A stretch of DNA of 64,000 bases, taken from the NCBI GenBank assembly GCA_040754955.1, contig JBFMCA010000007.1:6123-70122 (forward strand). Reading direction: 5' to 3'. The translations under genes and the position numbers were made by a program. Shown piece by piece: positions 8,898-16,891 of the stretch (position 1 is its first letter; the number at the start of each line of letters is the position of its first letter). The notes beneath the pieces were generated by a model. That model ran no database searches. It had not been told where the DNA came from and worked only from the letters and a program-made list of their open reading frames with translations. The stretch is from Acidobacteriota bacterium. GTDB taxonomy: Bacteria; Acidobacteriota; Vicinamibacteria; Vicinamibacterales; UBA2999.

Positions 8898-11123
8898 ATG
8901 TGGCCGACGGATTGCTGTGCCTGCGGCGTGCGACCGAGTCCGCTCCCCGTCATCGCAGTCGTGCTGGTCCTCGTCGGGCTGGTGGCGGCCCCGGTAGCGG
9001 CTGGGTCCAACCACAGGATCGACAAAGCCCTCCGCGACGCGCTCCGGAACCAGAACACCGAGCAGAAGGTCATCGTTCGCGCAAAGGCCGGCTACCGGAA
9101 CTGGCTGCGGCAGGAGCTTCGCAAGCAGGGCAAGACAATTGAGTCCGAGCTCCCGAGCGTCGAGGCCCTCACGCTGAGCCTCGACTCGCGCAGCATTCTC
9201 GCCCTGTGCGCGAGCGCTGCCGTCGAGGGCTGCCATTCCGACGCCGAGGTGATGCCCACCGGGGCGGCCCCGCGCGTGTCCGCGCGGACGTCGGCGGACA
9301 AATCGTCGTCGCCCGCGAGGTCCGCCAGGACGCCGGCGAGGCTGCCGGCTGCCAAGGCGCCGGCGGTGAAGGAGGCGGCCGCCGGGAAGACCGCCAAGGC
9401 CCCGGCGTCGAAGACCGCGGCCGGTTCGCCGGCGCGGCTGAAGCGCCTGGCGCGTCGGACGGACGCCTACGCGAGCCACTACGTCAACACCATGCTGGGC
9501 TCCATCGGCGTCGAACCGAGCTTCGGCAACGGCGCCGGCGTGACGGTGGCGGTCATCGATTCCGGCATCGAGCCGAGCAACGCCTTCGTCGACGACAGCG
9601 GCCGCAGCCGCATCGTGGCGTTCTACGACTTCACCAAGGGCGGGGGGCGCACGCGGGCGTACGACGACTACGGGCACGGCACGCACGTCGCCGGCCTCAT
9701 CGGCGGCCGTCAGTACCTCGGCGACGTGCAGTTCGAGGGCGTGGCGCCGTCGGTGAACTTCGTCGTCGCCAAGGTGCTCGACCAGAACGGCCGCGGGAAG
9801 ACCAGCACGGTCATCCGCGCCATCGAGTTCCTCGTGGCCAACCACGTCAACGGCACGCGCCGGATTGACGTGATGAACCTCTCGCTCGGCCATCCCATCT
9901 TCGAGCCGGCAGCCACCGACCCGCTGGTGCAGGCCGTGGAGATGGCCGCGCGCGCCGGCATCGTCGTGGTCACGTCGGCCGGGAACTTCGGCCAGAACCC
10001 GGAGACCGGCGAGACCGGCTACGCCGGCATCACGTCGCCGGGCAACGCGCCGTCGGCGATCACGGTCGGCGCGTTCGATCACAAGGGCACCGTCGACAGG
10101 ATGGACGACCGCGTCGCGCCGTACAGCTCGCGCGGCCCGACGTGGTTCGACGGCTATGCGAAGCCCGACCTGGTCGCGCCCGGCCACTTCCTCGCGTCCG
10201 AGGCCGCGACGTCGAGCGCGCTGTACGCGGCGTACCCACAGCTTCGCAGGAAGGGGCCGACGGGCAAGACGTTCCTGCAGCTGAGCGGCACGAGCATGGC
10301 GGCCGGCGTCGCTACGGGCGTGGTGGCGCTCGTCAAGCAGGCCCAGCCGCGCGTGACGCCGAACCTGGCGAAGGGCATCCTGCAGTTCACGGCCATACCG
10401 CTCGCGACGGGCGAGGTCGACGCGCACGGCGTGCCCGTGTCGTACGACCTGCTGACGCAGGGCACGGGCGGTGTCAACGCCGAAGGCGCGGTGCGCCTGG
10501 CGATGAGCATCGACCCGTACCAGGGCGCCGGCCGGATCCCGGGTCCGTGGGTGACCGACCTCTGCCGCCGCGACGGGCTCGCGCCGACGGCCCAGGGCGC
10601 CTGCTCGACGGTCTATGCGGGCGTGCGGCACGCCTGGGCCGGCAACATCGTCTGGGGCGCGAACATCGTCTGGGGCGACTCGGTGTTCTACAACCTCCCG
10701 ATCTGGGGCCTCAACATCGTCTGGGGCGCCAACATCGTGTGGGGCATGGACGTGTTCGACGGCGCCAACATCGTCTGGGGCGCCACGCTCGACGAAGGCG
10801 ACAACATCGTCTGGGGCAACAACATCGTCTGGGGCAACAACATCGTCTGGGGGAACTCCTTCGACGACAACATCGTGTGGGGCAGCAACGTCGTCTGGGG
10901 GAACACCTTCCTCCGCTCGAAGGACCCCGCGCGCCCGCTGTTCTTCGACGACAACATCGTCTGGGGCAACTTCACGGACGACAACATCGTCTGGGGCAAC
11001 GTCTTCGACGACAACATCGTGTGGGGCAATCGCTCGCCGCGCGCCGACGGCGACGACAACCGCGGCCAGAGCTTCGACGACAACATCGTGTGGGGCATGC
11101 GCCTGAACGGAGGGCGCGAGTAA
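8898..11123 (+). CDS. Secreted S8 subtilisin-like serine protease with C-terminal NIVWG repeat tail (unit 1)
   Basis: Signal-like hydrophobic N-terminus; triad motifs VAVIDSG / HGTHVAG / GTSMA; oxyanion SAGN; 14 N[IV]VWG repeats. The start could instead be GTG 8928. Confidence 0.92.
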   Translation: MWPTDCCACGVRPSPLPVIAVVLVLVGLVAAPVAAGSNHRIDKALRDALRNQNTEQKVIVRAKAGYRNWLRQELRKQGKTIESELPSVEALTLSLDSRSILALCASAAVEGCHSDAEVMPTGAAPRVSARTSADKSSSPARSARTPARLPAAKAPAVKEAAAGKTAKAPASKTAAGSPARLKRLARRTDAYASHYVNTMLGSIGVEPSFGNGAGVTVAVIDSGIEPSNAFVDDSGRSRIVAFYDFTKGGGRTRAYDDYGHGTHVAGLIGGRQYLGDVQFEGVAPSVNFVVAKVLDQNGRGKTSTVIRAIEFLVANHVNGTRRIDVMNLSLGHPIFEPAATDPLVQAVEMAARAGIVVVTSAGNFGQNPETGETGYAGITSPGNAPSAITVGAFDHKGTVDRMDDRVAPYSSRGPTWFDGYAKPDLVAPGHFLASEAATSSALYAAYPQLRRKGPTGKTFLQLSGTSMAAGVATGVVALVKQAQPRVTPNLAKGILQFTAIPLATGEVDAHGVPVSYDLLTQGTGGVNAEGAVRLAMSIDPYQGAGRIPGPWVTDLCRRDGLAPTAQGACSTVYAGVRHAWAGNIVWGANIVWGDSVFYNLPIWGLNIVWGANIVWGMDVFDGANIVWGATLDEGDNIVWGNNIVWGNNIVWGNSFDDNIVWGSNVVWGNTFLRSKDPARPLFFDDNIVWGNFTDDNIVWGNVFDDNIVWGNRSPRADGDDNRGQSFDDNIVWGMRLNGGRE
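10644..11096 (+). repeat. Coding repeat array, 14x N(I/V)VWG (aac atc gts tgg ggs)
   Basis: Counted in the translation. In frame, with spacer lengths multiples of 3. Confidence 0.95.
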
Positions 11124-11785
11124 TGGAGAAGATGCCCTTCCGCGAGGCGCTCGAGACCACTCCGATCGCGACGACGGCAGAGGTGCCGTCGGTCGTCACG
11201 ACCGACTGGAAGACGGGCCTGCCCCTGCTGGCCGGCGCGGGATTCACGTTGCGTGAGTTGGAGCTCCGGGACGCGCCGTCGCTGCTCGCCATGCTCACCA
11301 CCGACGAAGTGGCTCGGTTCATCTCGCCGCCGCCGACCACCGTCGAGGGGTTCGAGCGGTTCATCCACTGGACCCGCCAGCAGCGCGAGGCGGGCCAGTA
11401 CGTCTGCTTCGGGGTCGTGCCGGCCGGCATGAGCGTGGCTATTGGGATCTTTCAGGTCCGGGCGCTCGAACCCGGGTTTGCCACGGCCGAATGGGGTTTC
11501 GCTTTAGGTTCGGCTTTCTGGGGGACCGGGCTGTTCGTAGAGGGTGCCCGCCTCGTCGTGGATTTCGCCATCGAGACGCTTGGCGTGCACCGGCTGGAGG
11601 CCAGGGCGGCCATCAGCAACGGTCGAGGTAACGGCGCACTGCGCAAAATTGGGGCGATTCAGGAAGGTGTTCTCCGGCGGTCATTTCTGCGAAAAGGGAG
11701 TTTTCAGGACCAGGCACTCTGGTCTATCCTTGACGAGGAATGGCGACTGGCGAAGGCCGTCTGGGGCCCGCGCGTCGTTCACTAA
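11123..11785 (+). CDS. GNAT N-acetyltransferase, RimJ/RimL-like (unit 1)
   Basis: ATG overlaps the protease stop (TAATG). MEKMPF...LRELELRDA, AEWGFALGSAFWGTG, NGRGNGALRKIGAIQEG. Confidence 0.9.
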   Translation: MEKMPFREALETTPIATTAEVPSVVTTDWKTGLPLLAGAGFTLRELELRDAPSLLAMLTTDEVARFISPPPTTVEGFERFIHWTRQQREAGQYVCFGVVPAGMSVAIGIFQVRALEPGFATAEWGFALGSAFWGTGLFVEGARLVVDFAIETLGVHRLEARAAISNGRGNGALRKIGAIQEGVLRRSFLRKGSFQDQALWSILDEEWRLAKAVWGPRVVH

Positions 11786-11805
11786 CCCCCCGTGTCGGTA
11801 GTCGT

Positions 11806-11852
11806 ACGGCTCGCAGCCTCCGGCTGACGGAGGCGGGGCCGTTGTGTTTTTT
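11806..11852 (+). terminator. Putative intrinsic terminator after unit 1
   Basis: gcctccg/cggaggc stem extended by acggc/gccgt, then a T6 run at 11847-11852. Confidence 0.55.
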
Positions 11853-11906
11853 CTCGCGGGCCGTGCGACCGGTCGCGAGTGTGGTCGTCAACCCTGGAGA
11901 CGCTGC

Positions 11907-13961
11907 ATGAATCCCACGCGGGCGGTGCGCCCCGCGGTCTTCGGGCTCGTACTCGGCTTGTGGCTCATTGCCCCGCCGGTCGCGGCCCAGACTGCCGATC
12001 ACGCACCACCAGGTACTGAGAAGCTCGACGCCGCGGTCCGTGAGGCGGTCGCCAGCGGACGCTCGTTCCGCGCCATCGTGCGACTGCGGTCTTCGGACGC
12101 CTCGTCGCGCGAGGAAGCCCGGCGCGCGGTGCGCGCCTTCGGTGGCAGGGTCGATCGCGAGCACGCGGTGATCCCCGCCCTCAACGCGGAGATCGACGCG
12201 GCAACGGCGATGGCCCTCGCCGCCAGTGACCGGGTTGCCGGCGTCTCGATCGACGCGGAGATCCGCGCGGGCAGCGTCGTGGGGTCCGCGCTGACGTCGG
12301 AGGCGAACTCGACCCGGTACCGCCAGGCAAGCGGACAGTCGGGGCAGGGCCGGCGGGGCATCACGGTCGCGATTGTCGACTCCGGCATTCAGCCCCACGC
12401 CGACCTGCCTGCGGAGCGGGTCCGGGCGTTCATCGATTTCGTCAACGGCCGGAGCGAACCCTACGACGACTTCGGGCACGGCACGCACGTGGCCGGCAGC
12501 GTGGCCGGGGCCGGCGGCATGGCGCCCGGCGTGGACATCGTCTCGCTGAAGGTGCTCAGTGGCACGGGCTCGGGCCGCACGAGCGACGTCATCGCCGCGC
12601 TCGAGTGGGTCGCCGCCAACCATCGCGCCTACAACATCCGCGTCGTCAACCTCTCGCTGGGCCACCCGGTGTACGAGCCGGCGGCGACCGATCCCCTCGT
12701 GCAGGCGGTCGAGGCGCTCTCGCGGCGCGGCATCGTCGTGGTGGCGTCGGCCGGCAACATGGGCATCGACCCGCGCACCAACCGCGTCGGCTACGGCGGC
12801 ATCACGGTGCCGGCCAACGCGCCGTCGGCGATTGCCGTCGGCGCCGTCGAGGACGCCGGCGGTCGGCGGTCGCAGGCGCGCGTGACGGACTACAGCTCGC
12901 GCGGGCCGACGCGGTTCGACCTGCTGGCCAAGCCCGAGGTCGTCGCCCGCGGCCACAACGTGGTGTCGCTCGGCGCCCCGGGCAGCTATCTCTACGAGAT
13001 GTACCCGGCGCTGCGCGCCGACGACGGCGGCAACCCGTACCTCAGGCTCTCCGGCACGAGCATGGCCGCGGCCATGGTGTCGGGAGCCGCGGCTCTGGTG
13101 CTCGAGAGCGACCAGCGGCTGTCGGCTGCCGCCGTCAAGGCCGTGGTGCAGTTCACGGCTCAGCGGCTGCCTCGGTACGACGTCCTGACGCAGGGCGCGG
13201 GCTACCTGAACGTCGCGGGCGCGCTGCGGGTTGCGCAGCTCATCGACCCGACCGTGCGGGTGCCCTTCTACTGGCTGAGCACGCGTCAGCTGCCGCTGCC
13301 ATACGACCTGTACGGGCGCGAGCGCGTCGCGTGGAGCAAGACCGTGCTCTGGGGCGATCGGCCGCTGCTCGGCGACTCCGTCTACTTCCACTTCGCCGCC
13401 TGGGACGACAACGTGGTGTGGGGCAATAACGTTGTCTGGGGGAACAACGTCGTCTGGGGCAACAACGTGGTGTGGGGGAACAACGTCGTCTGGGGCAACA
13501 ACGTCGTCTGGGGCAACTGCGTCGGCCGCGGCTGCGACAACGTCGTGTGGGGCAACGACGACGACAACGTGGTGTGGGGCAACCGCCGCGGCGACAACGT
13601 CGTGTGGGGCAACTTCGACAACGTCGTCTGGGGCAACAACGTCGTGTGGGGCAACAACGACGTGGTGCTCGGCACCTGGGCGGCCAACGTCGTCTGGGGC
13701 TTCTGGGACGACAACGTCGTGTGGGGCAACGTCACGCGCGACGCGGTCCGGACCGGCAACGTCGTCTGGGGCAACGATTGGCTCGACAACGTGGTCTGGG
13801 GGAACTGCGACAACGTGGTCTGGGGCAACGACGACAACGTGGTGTGGGGGAACAACGTCGTCTGGGGCAACTGCGACGGCGTGAACGGCGACAACGTGGT
13901 CTGGGGGAACAACGTCGTGTGGGGCAACAGCCTCGCCGTTCTCACAGGGGAGGTGCAGTGA
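11907..13961 (+). CDS. Secreted S8 subtilisin-like serine protease with C-terminal NVVWG repeat tail (unit 2)
   Basis: GGAGA RBS then MNPTRAVRPAVFGLVLGLWLIAPPVAA signal peptide; VAIVDSG / HGTHVAG / GTSMA; 20 NVVWG repeats. Confidence 0.92.
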   Translation: MNPTRAVRPAVFGLVLGLWLIAPPVAAQTADHAPPGTEKLDAAVREAVASGRSFRAIVRLRSSDASSREEARRAVRAFGGRVDREHAVIPALNAEIDAATAMALAASDRVAGVSIDAEIRAGSVVGSALTSEANSTRYRQASGQSGQGRRGITVAIVDSGIQPHADLPAERVRAFIDFVNGRSEPYDDFGHGTHVAGSVAGAGGMAPGVDIVSLKVLSGTGSGRTSDVIAALEWVAANHRAYNIRVVNLSLGHPVYEPAATDPLVQAVEALSRRGIVVVASAGNMGIDPRTNRVGYGGITVPANAPSAIAVGAVEDAGGRRSQARVTDYSSRGPTRFDLLAKPEVVARGHNVVSLGAPGSYLYEMYPALRADDGGNPYLRLSGTSMAAAMVSGAAALVLESDQRLSAAAVKAVVQFTAQRLPRYDVLTQGAGYLNVAGALRVAQLIDPTVRVPFYWLSTRQLPLPYDLYGRERVAWSKTVLWGDRPLLGDSVYFHFAAWDDNVVWGNNVVWGNNVVWGNNVVWGNNVVWGNNVVWGNCVGRGCDNVVWGNDDDNVVWGNRRGDNVVWGNFDNVVWGNNVVWGNNDVVLGTWAANVVWGFWDDNVVWGNVTRDAVRTGNVVWGNDWLDNVVWGNCDNVVWGNDDNVVWGNNVVWGNCDGVNGDNVVWGNNVVWGNSLAVLTGEVQ
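13410..13925 (+). repeat. Coding repeat array, 20x NVVWG, the first six as back-to-back 18-bp units
   Basis: Counted in the translation; synonymous codon variation between copies. Confidence 0.95.
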
Positions 13962-14677
13962 TGAGGAAGATGCACTCCCAGACCGAGTTGATGCGAGCCA
14001 CCACCATGGCGACCCCGACAACGGCCACGACGACCACGACGCCCGCGACGACGCCGGCTGTCGCCGCGCCTTCCGCGCCCGCCGCTCCGACCGCGCCCGA
14101 CTGGCGGCAGCGCCTGCCGATCCTCCGCGGCGAGGGCTTCACGCTCCGTGAGCTCCGCGTCGAGGACGCGCCCGCGCTGATGACCATGCTAACGACGCCC
14201 GAGGTGGCGCGGTTCATCTCGCCGCCGCCGACGAGCATCGAGGGCTTCGAGCGGTTCATCGAGTGGGTCGATCGCGAGCGCGAAGCCGGCAACTACGTGT
14301 GCTTCGCCGTCGTGCCCGACGGCGCGGAGGTGGCCATCGGCCTGTTCCAGGTCCGCACCCTCGAGCCGGGCTTCGGCACGGCCGAGTGGGGCTTCGCCCT
14401 CGGCTCGCCGTACTGGGGCCGGGGCGTTTTCACCGACGCCGCGCGCCTCGTGCTCGACTTCGCCTTCGAGGTCCTCGGCGTGCACCGGATGGAGGCCCGC
14501 GCCGCCGTCGCCAACGGGCGCGGCAACGGCGCGCTCCGCAAGCTCGGCGCCGTCCAGGAGGGCGTGCTGCGGCGCGCGTTCCTGCGACACGGCCAGTATC
14601 ACGACCAGGTCCTGTGGTCGATCCTCGCGGAAGACTGGCGCTTCCTGCGGCTCGATCGCCGGGTCCGGGTGCACTGA
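13961..14677 (+). CDS. GNAT N-acetyltransferase, RimJ/RimL-like (unit 2)
   Basis: ATG overlaps the protease stop (TGATG). Thr/Pro/Ala-rich N-terminus, then a clear paralog of the unit-1 GNAT (ARFISPPPT, AEWGFALGS, NGRGNGALRK). Confidence 0.9.
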   Translation: MRKMHSQTELMRATTMATPTTATTTTTPATTPAVAAPSAPAAPTAPDWRQRLPILRGEGFTLRELRVEDAPALMTMLTTPEVARFISPPPTSIEGFERFIEWVDREREAGNYVCFAVVPDGAEVAIGLFQVRTLEPGFGTAEWGFALGSPYWGRGVFTDAARLVLDFAFEVLGVHRMEARAAVANGRGNGALRKLGAVQEGVLRRAFLRHGQYHDQVLWSILAEDWRFLRLDRRVRVH

Positions 14678-14701
14678 GAGCGTCGTTAGTCACAGCACGT
14701 G

Positions 14702-14735
14702 GCCCGGGCACTCCCCAGGGTGCCCGGGCTTTTTT
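14702..14735 (+). terminator. Rho-independent terminator closing the protease-GNAT cassette
   Basis: gcccgggcac-N8-gtgcccgggc perfect 10-bp stem followed by TTTTTT. Confidence 0.88.
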
Positions 14736-14742
14736 GTGCCCG

Positions 14743-15792
14743 ATGCGCGTCTCCGAGTTCGACTTCGACCTTCCCGCCGAGCTCATCGCGCAGGATCCCC
14801 CGGCCGACCGCGGCTCCTCCCGGCTCCTCCACCTCGATCGCCACTCCGGCGCCGTACGGCACCTCCGGTTCGCCGACCTCGGCGACGTGCTCGCGCCGGG
14901 CGACGTCCTTGTCGTGAACGACACGCGGGTGTTTCCGGCGCGCCTCCTCGGGCGTCGGCTCCCCGGCGGCGGCGCGGTCGAGTGTCTGCTCGTGCGCGAG
15001 CACCAGCCGGGCGTCTGGGAGGCGCTCGTGCACCCCGGGCAACGGCTGCGATCGGGGTCGCGCATGGAGTTCCCGGAGAGCGGCCCCGTACGGCTGGAGG
15101 GCGAGGTCCTGGAGCGGCACTTCCACGGACGCCGCACCGTGCGGCTCTGGTCGACCGCCGGCGACCCGCTCGAGGCGGTTCTCGACGAGATCGGGCATGT
15201 GCCGCTCCCGCCGTACATCCACCGCGGCGATCGGCCGGCGGATCGCGACCGCTACCAGACGGTGTTCGCGCGCGCGCGCGGCTCCATTGCGGCGCCCACG
15301 GCGGGGCTCCACTTCACCCCCGCGCTGATCGAGGCGCTCGCGTCCCGGGGCATCGATCACGTCACGGTGACCCTGCACGTCGGGTACGGCACCTTTCAGC
15401 CGGTCCGCGTCGACGAGGTGGAGGCGCACCGGATGGAGGCCGAGCACTTCGAGGTGGTGCCCGAGGCCGCCGAGCGCATCTCGCGCGCCATGGCCGAGGG
15501 CCGTCGCGTGGTGGCGGTTGGCACGACCACCACGCGGACCCTGGAGTCGCTCGATCCAGCCCCTGGCGGGGGCGTGCTCCCCGGCCGCGGCGAGACGGCG
15601 CTCTTCATTCGCCCTGGCCACCGGTTTCGTGTGGTCTCGGGCCTTGTGACGAACTTCCACCTGCCTCGCTCGTCGCTCCTCATGCTGGTGGCGGCGTTTG
15701 CGGGCCGGGAGCCCGTGCTGGCCGCGTATCGCGAAGCCATCGCCGCGCGATACCGGTTCTATAGTTATGGCGACGCGATGGTGGTGGTGTAG
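14743..15792 (+). CDS. queA: S-adenosylmethionine:tRNA ribosyltransferase-isomerase
   Basis: FDFDLPAELIAQ, VVNDTRV, PLPPYI, AAPTAGLHF, YRFYSYGDAM. Confidence 0.97.
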   Translation: MRVSEFDFDLPAELIAQDPPADRGSSRLLHLDRHSGAVRHLRFADLGDVLAPGDVLVVNDTRVFPARLLGRRLPGGGAVECLLVREHQPGVWEALVHPGQRLRSGSRMEFPESGPVRLEGEVLERHFHGRRTVRLWSTAGDPLEAVLDEIGHVPLPPYIHRGDRPADRDRYQTVFARARGSIAAPTAGLHFTPALIEALASRGIDHVTVTLHVGYGTFQPVRVDEVEAHRMEAEHFEVVPEAAERISRAMAEGRRVVAVGTTTTRTLESLDPAPGGGVLPGRGETALFIRPGHRFRVVSGLVTNFHLPRSSLLMLVAAFAGREPVLAAYREAIAARYRFYSYGDAMVVV

Positions 15793-15851
15793 AGCAGGCG
15801 CTGCGCTAGAGGCTCTGTAGGCGCTGCCCCAGCGCCCTTCCCGAGGCGACC

Positions 15852-16796
15852 ATGAAGCTCCCGTACGAAGAGTTCGATCTGGCGGGCGTGCGGACGTATC
15901 CGCTGGCGTCCCGTTCGAGCAAGGTGCAGGTGGACGCGTTTGCGAAGCCGCACGCGGCGGGCGGGTCGTTCCGTGGGTGGCTCGACGCGCTGCCTGACGT
16001 GCTCGCCGCGGGCGACCTGCGCGCGGTGGTCGATGCCATGGCGGCGGCACACCGTGCGGGGGCGGGCATCGTCTGGGGCCTTGGCGCTCACGTGCTGAAG
16101 ACCGGCCTCTCGCCAATCGTGATCGACCTGATGGAGCGGGGGCTCGTGTCGGCGCTCGCCCTCAACGGCGCGGGCGTCATCCACGACTTCGAGATTGCGC
16201 TCGCCGGGGCGACCTCCGAGGACGTCGACGAGGCGCTTGGCCCGGGGCGGTTCGGCATGGCCGAGGAGACGGGCACGCTGCTCAACACCGCCATCAACGA
16301 CGGCGTCGCGGCGGGGCTGGGGCTCGGCCAGGCCGTCGGCCGGTTCCTGCTCGCGCGCGGCGCTCCACATGCGCGGTACAGCCTGCTCGCGGCCGCCGCG
16401 CGGCTCGAGATCCCCGTCACGGTGCATGTGGCGATCGGCACCGACATCATCCACATGCACCCGCTGGCCTCGGGCGCGGCGCTCGGCGAGGGGAGCCTGC
16501 GCGACTTCCGCTATTTCGTGTCGTCGGTCGCCCGGCTCGGCGGGGGCGTGTACGTCAACTGCGGGTCGGCGGTGGTGCTGCCCGAGGTGTTTCTGAAGGC
16601 GGTCGCGCTGGCCCGGAACCAGGGTCACTCGCTCGACGGCCTGACGACGGTGAACATCGACTTCCTGCGGATGTACCGGCCGCAGACCAACGTCGTGTCG
16701 CGTCCGACCAGGGGCATCGGCCGGGGGTACGCGCTGACCGGCCACCACGAGATCCTGATTCCCCTGCTGGCTGCGGCGCTCATCGAGGCGGTATAA
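15852..16796 (+). CDS. Conserved hypothetical protein, possibly deoxyhypusine-synthase-like fold
   Basis: Well-formed 314-aa ORF. GAHVLKTG, NGAGVIHD and GSAVVLPEVFLK resemble a DHS-like NAD-binding family (recognition from memory). Confidence 0.55.
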   Translation: MKLPYEEFDLAGVRTYPLASRSSKVQVDAFAKPHAAGGSFRGWLDALPDVLAAGDLRAVVDAMAAAHRAGAGIVWGLGAHVLKTGLSPIVIDLMERGLVSALALNGAGVIHDFEIALAGATSEDVDEALGPGRFGMAEETGTLLNTAINDGVAAGLGLGQAVGRFLLARGAPHARYSLLAAAARLEIPVTVHVAIGTDIIHMHPLASGAALGEGSLRDFRYFVSSVARLGGGVYVNCGSAVVLPEVFLKAVALARNQGHSLDGLTTVNIDFLRMYRPQTNVVSRPTRGIGRGYALTGHHEILIPLLAAALIEAV

Positions 16797-16808
16797 TCAC
16801 AGGTTCGT

Positions 16809-16885
16809 GCCGGAGTAGCTCAGCCGGTTAGAGCGAGCGTCTCATAAGCGCTAGGTCGGCGGTTCGAGTCCGCCCTCCGGCACCA
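16809..16885 (+). tRNA. tRNA with CAT anticodon (elongator Met favoured; Ile2 not excluded)
   Basis: GCCGGAG/CTCCGGC acceptor stem, AGCGT-CTCATAA-GCGCT anticodon arm, GGTTCGAGTCC T-arm, encoded CCA; TATAAT at 16792-16797. Confidence 0.95.
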
Positions 16886-16891
16886 GTCCTC

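Noticed and set aside
10644..13925. Repeat-spacer-like DNA pattern (aacatcgtctggggc / aacgtcgtctggggc) resembling a CRISPR array
   Set aside because: Repeats are only 15-18 bp, in frame within protease ORFs, vary at synonymous positions and have irregular spacers in multiples of 3. No cas genes are in the window.
8898..14677. Diversity-generating retroelement or phage/mobile element explanation for the duplicated units
   Set aside because: No reverse transcriptase, integrase or transposase, and no adenine-specific template/variable repeat pair. The paralogs are diverged throughout.
16809..16891. tRNA as an integration site for a genomic island
   Set aside because: tilS follows immediately; I saw no integrase and no duplicated tRNA 3' end in the window.
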